A DNA stretch of 20,000 bases, from assembly GCA_000934665.2 (NCBI GenBank), contig KZ538091.1, positions 107,307-127,306 on the forward strand, in the 5' to 3' direction. Both the position numbers and the translations under genes were made by a program. Source of the stretch: Catajapyx aquilonaris (lineage: Eukaryota). Position 1 is the first letter of the stretch; every line of letters starts with the position of its first letter. Under the pieces are notes generated by a model. The model searched no databases. It was given only the letters and a program-made list of their open reading frames with translations, and was not told the origin of the DNA. This document shows positions 1 through 11,709 of this stretch, piece after piece.

Positions 1-1196
1 ATTTTGCATTTTTTTTCCTCTCTCTCTTCAAAAACCGATGTTTATTTATGAGTGCTATATAGGGTGCTGTAGGGTGTTGCTTTTTAACTATAGGAGGATA
101 TGTCTCTCAGGATTTTGGAAGCGGTTGTTTGCACTGATGCGACGGACCTGAAGGGTTATGCAAAACTAGGGGAATGTCCGTTTTGATTAAGATTCATGGC
201 GTTGGGTAAAGGAAACATGTAGCTTAATAAAGGCTGTGTACATTTTCCGGGCCAATCCAAGCATAAATATGCAAATTGCTCTCTGGAAAACACAAAACTT
301 GAGTGTGTCCAAAAATATTTCACATACTTGGAGTTGCCAAAAAAAATTAGCTCTTTGAACTCACGCATTTCATTCACGCCTGTAAAATTTTTCTGTGGCG
401 CTTAACCTGGCGTAAAATTACAGCTTTTTTCCGCCTAATTTCAAGCCATGCCCTCCCTATACAGGTAGAGAGCTTCTGAATTATACAGCATATTAATTTG
501 ACATGTACTGTACATTTGTGTGTGGCGCCCCCATGCTTCCGCAAGGCCTGCAAAAGCCTCCAGCGTCACATTTCACGACACCGACAAAACATGACGCTAA
601 ATCATAACACAAAGAGCAGCATACGCGTAATAAAACATCGCACGCGCTTCAACCCACACACGTACTATATAAAAAAATAGCAGTGATTCATCCGCCAGTT
701 AAATAATCGTGGTAAAGTCAACTCAGACCGATAACCCTGAACATCCTCTCCTATTGGCACATCCTCTCGAACCCCCTAAGCTGTTACTGCACTTTGTCCT
801 CTCTGGTTGGGAGGTGACCCAATTTTTCTCTTGGGGAGGTCCCTCGATCTACTCATCCCGAGGTCAATATATTCTCCTGGGGAAGTGCATGACTGAGGAA
901 AAAAGGTTGGTTGGAAAAAAAAGGAGGGGGTTCGACAAATGGACTGAAAGTGGTCAGTTCGAACTTGGACTCAAAATGTGTGTAAACAAGACGAAATTCG
1001 TACCCATTTCGTACCTGTTTTTGTACCTATATAGGTGTATAGAGGCAATGATTGAACTACTGTGCTATATTGGACACAACAAAAAACAGGAGCCAGGAGG
1101 TCGGTGAGCTGATGATTGGGGCACTTTGCAATCACGCCATCCTGCTCGATATTCTTAACCCGTTCCCAGCAGTATATACCAAACAGTAATACTCAC

Positions 1197-1240
1197 CCTC
1201 CAATTCGGTTGACCTCTGTCCAGCGACCCCTATTGTCGAT
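1197..1240 (-). other. Candidate 44-nt internal exon (minus strand)
   Basis: The minus strand reads TCCAATTTCCTTTCAG|ATCGAC...TTGGAGG|GTGAGTA, i.e. a strong acceptor and a strong donor 44 nt apart. Two frames are open (IDNRGRWTEVNRIG or STIGVAGQRSTELE). No homology recognised. Confidence 0.4.
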
Positions 1241-3991
1241 CTGAAAGGAAATTGGATAGGGCATAAAAATCACGTGAAGTACACAATGTCATCAGCCTTA
1301 TAAGAACACTAAAGAATTATTTTTCAACCAGCCTTTTGACTCTGATGTCAGACTCAACATGTCTGCTTTCACATGTTGTCACTTTCCGTGCCGTAAATTT
1401 TTTCACTTGGCCTTTTTTTTAAAAAAAAAAAAATGCCTTTCAAGCTTCCACCGCCACATTTTTCAACGCCTACTGATTCCTTTGGGGATTATCGTCAGTT
1501 GTAGCCCTTTTTTTCCGCGCCACTTGGATTTAGTAGACAAGTAGGGAACCGACGGAGGTTGGATCTTACAAAAAAAAGTAGCTTAAAAAAAAGCTAGGCA
1601 CAGATGTGCTTGGCAAGTAAGAAGTGGAAACTACAAGGGACTATCGGTTATCGAAACTGCCAGGTCCCAGGCCTTTTTCCCCAGTTGGTTCTCCTCTAGT
1701 TTCCCCAGAGAAAACAAAACGTGTCCATTACCACCAGACGCGACTCCATAAAAGGCTCTTGGGCTGCCCATCTCAAATTGGGTGCAAAGTCCGTCCTAAA
1801 TGACCAACCCAGGTCCCCGATACCAGCCGTCTTCCAATTTCAGAGGAAGACACCCCCCATCATTTTCAAAATTGGTCCCCTGGTCTTTCTCACGTGCTTC
1901 TGTCTATTCAAGTATCGTTGTAATCTCGAGTATGTGTGTGCTTGCGTGTGCTTTTCCCGGTTCGTTGGATGTGCTTCTTGCGGTCGTTAACTCGAGTACG
2001 TGGGATACCTACTGTACTGGCCGGGTTTGAACTTGGCAGACATTAAATATTTACAGCCTATATGTATCGCCCGAATCAAATCCAAACAGGTGTTCACAAC
2101 ACAGTTATTAACATTTAACGCCCTGAAGTTAATTTGCTTTAAAATATTAAGCAGCACTCACAGCGTTTGGCCACCTCTTAAAATGCAGCCTTACCCGGCC
2201 TTACCAATGTAAATGTTAACAGCACCCGCTGAAGAAAATCGACCACCATGATGTACAGTATACTGTATGACCAAAGAAAAACCATTACCGGTACTTTAAT
2301 ATCGCAATTTTTAGTGAACCCGTTGCCAAATTTGGGCATAACATGAAATTAGTATGGCAGTGACAATTGAAACAACTTTAATGAGATAGCCCGCCGATTT
2401 ACCACATAATCCTATTATTCACGCATAGATGGCGTACACTCCCTCTGCACACTCCTGCCAGGTGATGCGAGAGAAAGCGATACTATCAGGTCGGACAAAC
2501 ATCCGATGGAGAGAATAAGCCAATCAGGAGAAAGTATTTTTCCCCCCCTTATAAATAGCAGCTATGGATGCATTTTTTTTGCCCACGTTTCCAGCACCGC
2601 CGCCAAAATAGCTAATAATGACTTCTCTAACAGTTAACTTCGCCCATATTTTTACATTCCAGTCTCCCCAGCCCAAATAGCTATCGCAGGCTATTAGCCA
2701 CCCAGTCGATAAAACCACCCGAACTCCCAATTACTACTGGACACCTGATATATTTGGTAGCTCCGGATCGGCTTAATCAAGCGTAACTGCCTCTATCCCA
2801 ACCCGCAACAACCCATTGAGTTCAGGTCACGCCCTCTAAAACTTTATCCCTCTGCAAAAAAAAAAGTGCAAAAAAGTGCAAAAAAAAATAACCTCAAGAT
2901 TGTTTGTGTCCAGCCCAGTAAAGGGCCACAAGCACTATTTGGGACACCCAGTCTTCCAGAATCCAAAAACGTGCCGCCAATTTTGACAGCCTTTGAAAAA
3001 ATATATTTTTTTTTCCTCACTCTCTCTCTCTCTCTCCGGAAGGTACGGGACATGGATACATAACGAAATCGGTGTGCGTGACGGCCATTGGCCACTACGG
3101 TTCCGCTACAAGAAACTCATCTCCGGGGCCAGGGAAAAAATAAAAAATAAAGTCATATAGGTCTTGGGGACATGAAAATTTGACCCTTGGCTACGTTACA
3201 AGTAAATGGACTTCCTCGGACTCATCCCTCAAATTCTGGGTAGGTCTGGTTCCCTCGCCTTGGGACCCGTTTCCAGCTTGTAAAGCTCACCTTCCCGGAA
3301 TTAACTTTTGACCTACGAGGCACTTTAATCCTGGCAGAAAGGGTGGGGGGGATGGAGGGTAGGGGGGAGGGCCACTGAAAATTGCACGGGCCGTTTAAAG
3401 GTTCGAAGACGACGTCGTAAATCGGCTGTCGTTTCGGCTTTTCCGTCACCGATACGTTAAAAAAAAGAGAGGCTGGAGCACTAAAACCTACACCAAACAG
3501 TACACTCTTTGACACGTTGGGTCAACATTTAATTTTTAGTGTCCTTTAAATTATTGGAACGTACTGTTGTACAGTGCTGCGGATCGAAGAAACTGGCAGG
3601 GTTTCTCACAAATAATTTACATGCTTGCACTGTAATTGAAGACATTCCATTGAACAGGATGTGCCAGAGAATTGTACTCAAAATTCCTTTGAAATGTATA
3701 CTGTATACTGGAGAGGTGATTTTCTCATCTGTCACTGATCTAACATTTGCCGAAAAAATCATTTTCTAACGAATATTGTTAGCGTAAAGTATAGCTATGG
3801 GCATGTGTATAGGTGCTGAAACGTTTCGATCCTAATAGCGGAAGTAGGATGTAGTTTTAAAAAACATGGGGAGACATTTAGGACTTCTCTGGGACCATTG
3901 GGGGAACACTGATCGATCTGAAAGGAAATCGAGTTCTATGAGTATATATACGGCGGTTGCTGGTGTTTAGTGGTCTCAGCTGAAGCTGGGG

Positions 3992-4056
<65 letters not shown>
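3992..4056. repeat. Compound microsatellite (CA)7(AG)26
   Basis: Read directly. It generates the spurious ERER and LSLS ORFs. Confidence 0.97.
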
Positions 4057-4059
<3 letters not shown>

Positions 4060-4611
4060 CTAGAGGGAGACTGCATTCTGCGGTCTGTAAACTTTATCTG
4101 GGGCCCCGGATTTATTTTCCATGACAGGAAAATGTCAATCAGGGTCTGTAACATCACCGTATTTAAAAAAATGTTCCTTCCCGCAGGCTGTCATTTCAGG
4201 AAAACCATGCATTCATTAAAACTTGGCTGGCACATAGGACGAGGTCTCTCGTTTTTGGAGATGTCTGTAAATGGGCAGCCCTTGGGGGGGTCCCCGATCC
4301 TATCACGTGGGCCACAAAATTGAAAACCTGGTTCCAGTTGGATATTGGGCCCGCTTTTTGGCCAACTTTCAACAGAAAAAAAGAGAGAGATGGGGTGGGG
4401 AGGGGGGGGGGCTTGTGATGGGAATGTGGAAGCTGGAATCCTCCTAAAGGGTTACAAACTCGTTGCGACCAATGACGCCCTAGTTTACGGCCTTTCTGCT
4501 GGCGTAGTACTTTTGATGCTATACTGTAGGTATACCTGGGTAAATCAAACGGAAACGTACTAACTGCCTCCATCCCAACGACGCATGCTCTGTAGAAACT
4601 GACCTAAACGC

Positions 4612-4950
4612 CGCTATATAATCGAATATTGCTGTATGTGCACATCGTTGAAATCGCACATCGAAATTATCTAATTCCGATGTAATTGCATATCGATATA
4701 ATCTAATTTCGATATAATCGCATATCGATATAATTATTGGACTTCTATGTATTACATATCGATATAATTTAATGTCGATAGCATACATCATTTCGATATT
4801 ATTTATTTTCGATATTATTTAATTTCGATATATCATACCGATGTAATATATTTATAATTATTATATCGATACTGTAAATTTTGATGCAATTGCATATAAA
4901 TCGAATTTTGACGTATAATTTATTAGCGATACGGTACAAACGATATTTGA
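4612..4950. repeat. Degenerate ~16-bp AT-rich minisatellite (TCGATATAATNNAATT-like)
   Basis: Recurring units TCGATATAATCTAATT, TCGATATAATCGCATA, TCGATATTATTTATTT and TCGATATTATTTAATT, with several TATCGATA palindromes. Boundaries are approximate. Confidence 0.75.
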
Positions 4951-6038
4951 AAAATTTGCCATTCCGTATACATATGAATATTGAGTCCCAGGAGCAAATG
5001 CGAAGAACTTGATCTAGTTTCTGCCCTTCCAACAATAATGGGAGATTGTTTGGCACAACTTGCATATTATACTGTACACATGCAACGATATTATTCCGGC
5101 GCACGTAATCTTCTCCTGGCCCAAACTAGTGCTATTGACCAAACTAATCCACATCCTCCCTGGATTTGAACCCAACTACGTGTTACCCTACACGAATGGT
5201 CACAAATGCCTGGACGTGCGTTGCAAATGAATTCATTTCCTTCTCCGATCACCCCGCAGGAAAACGGCCCCACTCTGTAGCCCCCCCGCCCCGTTGCCAT
5301 GCAAAATCTCCGCTCACTCCGTTCCTAAAAGACACTTGGAAGCGAAACATTCCGTGGAAACAAACACCTTTTTTTAAAACCCCAGGTAACAGACAAAAAA
5401 GTGCCACTCGAGAATTCAGATTGGTGGAAGCCTTTTTGCAGTGCAGAAAAAAAATTGCAATAAAAGTGTATGTGTGTTCCCAGGCCATTTTCAGGCTCCA
5501 GGTCGTTAATGGGATCCTTTTCCTCCCCCCACCTTCCCCCTTCCCCCTCCAATTCCCCCGTCCCTCTAACGGGTCTAGAGCCATATAGATGCAAAATTGC
5601 CCTGCAAGTATCCCTGGCTGTAATATGTGCTCCAGAAGGCTCACTTGCAGCTCTCACATCATTTAATGTACGTAGCCAGATCCTCTCCTCCTCCCCTCCC
5701 CCAACCATCCTCAACAAGCCTCATTCACTAAATCCCTGCTTCAACAATGGCCCTGGTGGTAGGGGTGGTGGTGAGGTGTAGAAGGCCTCTACCCTCCAGA
5801 TAATTCAGCTTTTCGGTCGCAAGGATGGTAATCAAGAAAATATCCCCCCCTCCCAAATATGTATAGAGCTCTGGGTGTGCAAGTTGGGGACCATAAATGC
5901 ATGGAGAGCTGGTCCCGTTCGATAAGAGGACCCCCTCTTTAATAATGGGCTTCCGAATTTTTGGGAGGAAAATGAATACCGGTATATCCAATTTTATGTG
6001 ATCCCCGGAAATATCAATTTCTGTGTAAACTAGCAGAC

Positions 6039-6050
6039 TTGGCAACACTG
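6039..6050 (-). mobile_element. Solo CAGTGTTGCCAA-type DNA-transposon/MITE terminus
   Basis: TTGGCAACACTG is the reverse complement of CAGTGTTGCCAA, a terminus I associate with arthropod non-autonomous elements. No partner end found nearby. Confidence 0.3.
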
Positions 6051-6902
6051 CCCTGACTTGGACGTAGTACGATATTCCACTACCAGTTGGCGCATAGGTC
6101 TGACACTACTGCCCCTATAAAGGAGTACAGAGTACTACATGCACGTTGGTGATGAGTATGCGCGGACAAAGCCCACCAGCCTCCGTTGATGTGTGTCCAT
6201 GCAGAGTGAAAAGTGATAATTGTGGTAGCTACATGCCCGTTGGTGATGAGTCAACGCGAGCGATTTAATTACAGCGCGATTTTGGGTCATACGACGCCAA
6301 TAAAAATTATTTACGGAATTGACACGTTGGATATACAGGGCTACTCATCCGTACTTCCCGTGTCCTTCGAGAGGAAGCGACCTTTTTTCATGGGACTTCC
6401 TGTCGCATTTTTACATTTCATGCCACCAGTCGGCCAACTACGATCCAACCTTTCCTAGCCTATATGGCCATGCTGTAAAAAAAAAAAACGGGCTAATTGG
6501 GCCGTAATACAAAGCCACGTGCGGCATGTTTTCACCCAAAAGCGGGCCTGCATATGCACACAACAATGTCTCTCTGGACCGCGGGGGGGAGGGAATAAAT
6601 TGGGCGCATGTTTGAACCCCCCCCCCCCCTCCACCTCCTCATTTCTCAACAAATTACATTGTTATTACCTTAAATTCCTGGGGGGGATTGCGGAATTTGG
6701 GCTCAACATATAAATAAACTTGGGGATATGCAAATGAGTTGGAGTAAAAATTTATGCATGCGAATGTGGCTTCTGGTGATGGTTTCAGAAATATATGTAA
6801 ATCCATGCCACATACAGAGAGAGGATATTCATAAATAACTTATTACGCGCACCGGTTGGTTTCCGCTTAGCTACAGGTATTATAAATAATGGTAATATTA
6901 TA

Positions 6903-7107
6903 CAGGGTGGTGCAGTTCCATTGAAGTTGCATTGGTTTAATGCGGGAGCTCAGGCAACTAAGGTCGCAACGTTGCACGTTTGTAAAGGGGTATCCGGAGA
7001 GAAACTACGCGAAAGCGGAGAGAACGGTTTAAATCACAGTGTTTTCCAGAAAGATTTGCTTGAAGCCACGAATTGTATGAAGGATCACAGTGTGCATGAA
7101 CACCCTG
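6903..7107. mobile_element. Tc1/mariner-like MITE (TA-flanked CAGGGTG...CACCCTG), 205 bp
   Basis: TA|CAGGGTG at 6901-6909 and CACCCTG|TA at 7101-7109. No coding capacity. Confidence 0.65.
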
Positions 7108-7196
7108 TACTTTATTCCTCATGATGTACAATGTACACAAAGTCATCAGCAGATTCGCCGCTCAAGGATTTCAGCTGCTTTGTACTGTCGACTCGA

Positions 7197-7439
7197 GCAG
7201 TAAATTTCGTGCATAGCCTGCAGTTTTTACAGTTAAAGTTTGGCGCAAAAATAACATTTTATTAAACTGCAGAAATAATGTTCTGTTCCAAGGCTGGCTT
7301 GGATACATTATGAGGTCCATCCAACCAACTTTAGACAGCTCTAATAGCACGCTATGTTGTTTTTGCCCTAATAAACTGTCTTAAAATAGTCCGCTATTTA
7401 GTTCTGCTTATTAAAACACATCGAGTCGAAATTTACTGC
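7197..7439. mobile_element. Inverted-repeat-bounded segment (MITE-like), 243 bp
   Basis: Perfect 13-bp IR: GCAGTAAATTTCG (7197-7209) and CGAAATTTACTGC (7427-7439). An adjacent IR is TCGACTCGA (7188-7196) / TCGAGTCGA (7421-7429). No clear target-site duplication. Confidence 0.5.
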
Positions 7440-7529
7440 AACCTGACCATGGCTTCAGCACACACATTCTATATTTAAAAATTGATTGATTTCAATAGCA
7501 ATTTTTTTTGTAAACACATGCAGTGTATA

Positions 7530-7627
7530 CAGGCACGGTGCAGTAGCGTTAATAATTTCAGATGTTTGCAATATGGTTAATTTTTACTGATAATTCCAGC
7601 TGTCCTCATTATTAAACATGTACCCTG
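7530..7627. mobile_element. Degenerate, internally deleted CAGGGTG-family MITE remnant
   Basis: The left end TACAGGCACGGTGCAGT resembles TACAGGGTGGTGCAGT at 6901. The right end ACCCTG lies at 7622-7627. Interior 7559-7578 matches 9903-9922 (inside the 9841 MITE) at 19/20 nt. Confidence 0.4.
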
Positions 7628-8050
7628 TTACATACATATGTGACCCCTAAAAATATACGATGAAAAAAAAAAATCTGTACATGTACGACCCTTCAGAGTC
7701 ACCTGAAATAATGATATCGAGGGATGCCTGCTAATTACCCATACCATTTACCCCGGGATAAAATAAACCCAATTATCCGCACGTGCGGCGTCCAAATGCC
7801 TCATAACCAATCCGGTGTCACGAGATACCCAACCGCGAGCCAAATTAACAATTGCACCGCACGTAAATTAATTCGTAGCTGATCCACAACCTTCATTACT
7901 GCCAAAAAAAAAAGTATCCTATTGTATTTTCCCTACTACACCATTTTGACCATTGCGTTGAGGCGTTTAATCCGTTTAATTTGGTTGTGGAAACGTTTAA
8001 AAAAATACCCACATGCGGCTCTCCCTGAGGGGGACTAGGTTTTTTCACAG

Positions 8051-8490
8051 GAACCAGTTTCAGCGAACGTGAAGTGACGTCATTTTGCAGTCACTCAGGT
8101 CGGACAATGACCTCTCTCGAGAAAAAAAAATTTCGTGTGCGCAAAAATTTTCGGTGTAACTATCAGGGGAGAAAAAAAATAGAGCAACATCTGTCACAAT
8201 ATACACACCTTTAGGGCGTTTACAATGCAAGATAGTGTGGGAGAAGTAGTTTTTGGGAGGCGATGGGATGGGTTTGAGAAGAAGACATTCTTTGAACGAG
8301 TTTCGAAAGCCTCAGGGAGACATACAAGTTCGGTCGCTTCCGGCTGTTGCCTTACAAGGCAAGCACTCACATTGCAGTGCAGAACAGGACGAACTTTTGG
8401 AGGATGGAAGAAGGAAAAAAAAAAGTGTACAAAACTACTTCGGAATCAAGTTTTGGAGGACTCTACTGTTACATGGCAGTTGAAACTGCA
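8051..8490 (+). CDS. Candidate plus-strand exon with possible coding start (ATG 8225 or ATG 8404 open to donor); product unknown
   Basis: Acceptor-like TTTTTTCACAG ends at 8050 (alternative TTTTGCAG at 8090) and donor GCA|GTGAGT starts at 8491. The stop of ORF 8225..8494 lies inside the donor. ATG 8404 also reads 29 codons to the donor in phase 0. Confidence 0.3.
8075..8082. promoter_or_regulatory. CRE palindrome TGACGTCA
   Basis: Exact match to the CREB/ATF consensus. Function unverified. Confidence 0.35.
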
Positions 8491-8933
8491 GTGAGTTATT
8501 AGGCTATTACCTGTATTGCAAATGTAGTGATTTTTTTCCCCCCCCCAAAAGGGCAAACTTTTGGAGGTGATTTATATATACAGACGTGGGTTTGACATGT
8601 TTTTAGAGCACAAAAATTGCTTGCAAGATCAAAGTGATTTCTCGCTGCATATAGGTATTTTTAAATATTCATAAATATGCAAGGAAATTTTGGCTTCTGT
8701 TTTGCTTGGGGTACTGCGAAACCTCTGAGTGGCTCAGTTTTGCAACTTAACAGGTTTCGGATATAGTTTATTAGACACGTTTCACTGTATTTGAAACCTA
8801 CAGTATAGTACTGTAATTCCCTAATCTGGTACACCCTACAAAATTAGCACAAAGACTACCCAGCTTGTTAGTGCAGTAAAATTCAGAGCCTATCATGCAG
8901 CCGCAGTGATATTCGCTGATATATTTTAATTAC

Positions 8934-9012
8934 AAATAATATTCCTTATATATTAAAATAATATTCCTTATATATTAAAATAATATTCCTTATATATTAA
9001 AATAATATTCCT
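8934..9012. repeat. Perfect 22-bp tandem repeat (AAATAATATTCCTTATATATTA) x3.6
   Basis: Identical units start at 8934, 8956 and 8978, with a partial unit at 9000-9012. Confidence 0.97.
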
Positions 9013-9840
9013 GCAATCAAAAAACTTTGGACCTGGAAAGCTAATATTACAATGTAAGATTAGCTGTTGAAATTATCGTTATCCGCTCACATTAGCTGCT
9101 AACATTTTTGTGTGTATTTATGTTATGAATTTATAATGCAATATATCACAATTAATGCAATTTTGTCCCATCAATATTGGCCAGTATTTGTAACATCCAC
9201 GCAACAATAGTAACTCGAACTCCCCCGCTAATAGCCCACATATCCCATGTTACACCAAATTCCATCATGTTAGTATTTTGAGTGATATAGACCTCTCTAT
9301 AATCATGTTGCCATGCTTGATTTAGTACGATACACAGTACACAGGCTTCATACTTTGCTACATCAAATATGCAGAACCAGTTGCCCCCCGAAGTACACGT
9401 CAAACTCAAGCTTCATTGAAAAGGCTTCCTGAACTGCAGGCTATGCAGGTGTTTCGAGTAGTTTTTTTTTCTTTCCTATAACCTTTCTCTCTCTCTCTCC
9501 GCCCCCATTTTGTCAGGGCTCAAACCCAGGTGGTGGCCTGGAGGGGGTACCACTTCCGAACCCACGAGGATGCTTCAAAGCTACCAAGACAATTGCTCTT
9601 TTGATCCTTCACAAGTGCCGAAAAAAGGTACCCCCCAACCAGGCCTTCCACCATGTTACATCAGGGGGATTCCCCGCTATGGCGAGCGGGAGAGTCCCCA
9701 TGGCGCCCAATTCAAGCTGCAGGTAAAACGCAGCAATAATGGCAAAAGGGGGAAGGGGGCGGATCTACACCGGGCTATTCAAGCTGCATTTCAAGCTTTG
9801 TGAGCAGCTAATGTAAACATGTGAAGGTATGTGAGCATTA

Positions 9841-10098
9841 CAGGGTGTCTCATTCATATTTGAACAAGTCTCTGAGGTTGAATACTGGGCAGTGGAAAAC
9901 AACAGATATTTGCAATATGGTTCATGTATTCATGTATTCATGTATAATATTAATAATTATGAAAAAGTCATAAATGCACCTTGTAACGAGCATACAGCTA
10001 CATTTTGTGCAAGAATTTGAAAGGAAATCAGCAGAAGGGGCACGCTGCTTCAGAAATTCTATAGCTGCACATGATCAGTGTTTTTAAGGAACACCCTG
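9841..10098. mobile_element. Tc1/mariner-like MITE (TA-flanked CAGGGTGT...ACACCCTG), 258 bp
   Basis: TA|CAGGGTGT at 9839-9848 and ACACCCTG|TA at 10091-10100. Contains (TTCATGTA)3 at 9921-9944. Confidence 0.7.
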
Positions 10099-11229
10099 TA
10101 GTTTTTGCTGGAGATTCGAGCCTTAGTTTCAGGAGAGGTCACCCGCCCATCTGTTCCAGGTTGGAAACGGTGGGAGACAATAAGTCACGGGTTTGATTAA
10201 TGGAAGGATTGCATGACATAGTCAAATTAGCATTTTTGTCCTTTTTGGGGGGGAAAGGGAGGATTGGGGGGGGGGGGGCACAATGTGACTCAATATAGCC
10301 GTCCATATTGCACGCCATTCAGGAAAGAAAGATAAAACTGGACGTGTGACTCTCTAGTTGTTGAATTAAAAATTGGGCTTCATTCCTCTACAATGTCTAC
10401 ATCGAGACACGTGTATTATACCTAACCACATCAGCACTAAAAGTGTGGGAGAAAGCTACTGACCTATGACCAATCAAGGTATGTAAAATATATGTAAAAA
10501 TATGTAGGTTTCGAATTAATAATTATAATCCTGTCTGGGAAATTACAACTCCTTTCGTGATTTGTTATAGCGGTAACATCCGCCCACACTTCCGTTGCAA
10601 CAGTGGTTTAATTGCTCTATACTACACGTGATGGTTCCGCCCACTTTTGAAACTCATATCATCTTCATATTTTAAATAAATACAGCGTGTAATAATTATA
10701 CTGCAATATTGTTATATAAAAGTCAGACGCATAATGTTAGTACTCACCCTGCCTGCGATTACACAGCACAACTTCAGGAAATTCCAGCCCCCAATAATTA
10801 TTGAGATTCCATGCAATTCTGTAACGATCTGATGTTATTAAAAATTTAATCCCCCCAGCACAGCAGATGGCAGCGACGCCTAATTACAGCCCGGGTCGCA
10901 ATAGCCCCCCCCCCCCCTCCCAACTCAAAACAGAGATATATATTCCTAGTTCCATGGTCCTTATTTATTTAGATCTCTCTCTCCCACAGCACTTGACTTC
11001 CCAGCAGTGTTGGTTTAGCCTTTTCCTTATTGGACGCTCACGAAAATTTTCGATCCTGCCCCTGGCACCTATTCATTTGTCAACCCCCAAAAGCCTGCAA
11101 ATATTGCCTGGCCTCATTGTTCGATTCGCCTATTGGAACAACTCTTGACGTAAATTACGCAGAGGCGAGGATGGTACACTGAATAGGAAAAGGGGACGTC
11201 GCCAGACACATACGCGCTGTAATCAAATA

Positions 11230-11709
11230 CAGGGTGATCCAACGTGTAAAGTCACTGAAGAAAACATCAGGGGTCGAAATATTCGGATGCAAAGAGATGC
11301 AATTTGCACTCTCAAAATAATAATCTGCACTCCAAATTGAGTGGAAAGCTTTTTAATATTGCAAAAACCAGTTATTAAAAAATAATTAATCCCTCCCAGT
11401 AATTTGCACCTGGACCAAATAAAATTATGATTCGACTCCTAGAATATGGATGTTTTAAATACCCAATATTTGGACACACAATCCAATTATGAAAAGCTTC
11501 AATATTATCATCATTATATGGTCATTTTTATAACTGATATCGCCCGATAGTAGTTATTTTTTGTACCTTATTGCAGGTTCCCCATTACAGGTCGAATATA
11601 TAAGTTTACCAGTTTCTATATATAATTGGTTATGGGCACAAGCTAAAGAAAATAACTACAAGTACTATCAGTTATTTAAAAAAACGGCCCACGAATTTGG
11701 AACACCCTG
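11230..11709. mobile_element. CAGGGTG-family MITE, ~480 bp (alternative right end at 11927)
   Basis: Left TA|CAGGGTGATCCAA matches right TTGGAACACCCTG (11697-11709) as a 12/13 IR, but that end lacks a flanking TA. A second right end, GGACCACCCTG|TA, lies at 11917-11929. Confidence 0.55.

Noticed and set aside
1109..1140. Hammerhead ribozyme core (CTGATGA here; also minus-strand copies at 1289 and 7143, and CTGAAGA at 11255)
   Set aside because: No stem II plus GAAA arrangement follows these motifs.
2254..2267. 14-bp palindrome TACAGTATACTGTA (similar at 8798-8814)
   Set aside because: TACAGTA/TACTGTA words are frequent in this window. It could be a transposon footprint, but this cannot be supported.
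3936..4323. ORFs with ER/LS dipeptide runs
   Set aside because: These are translations of the (AG)n microsatellite.
6149..6260. C/D-box snoRNA (two GTGATGA C-box motifs)
   Set aside because: No CTGA D box at a suitable distance and no terminal stem.
10748..10828. Coding exon before the minus-strand donor at 10747
   Set aside because: The donor is good but the acceptors are weak or ambiguous and the peptides are unrecognisable. It is kept only as part of the donor series.
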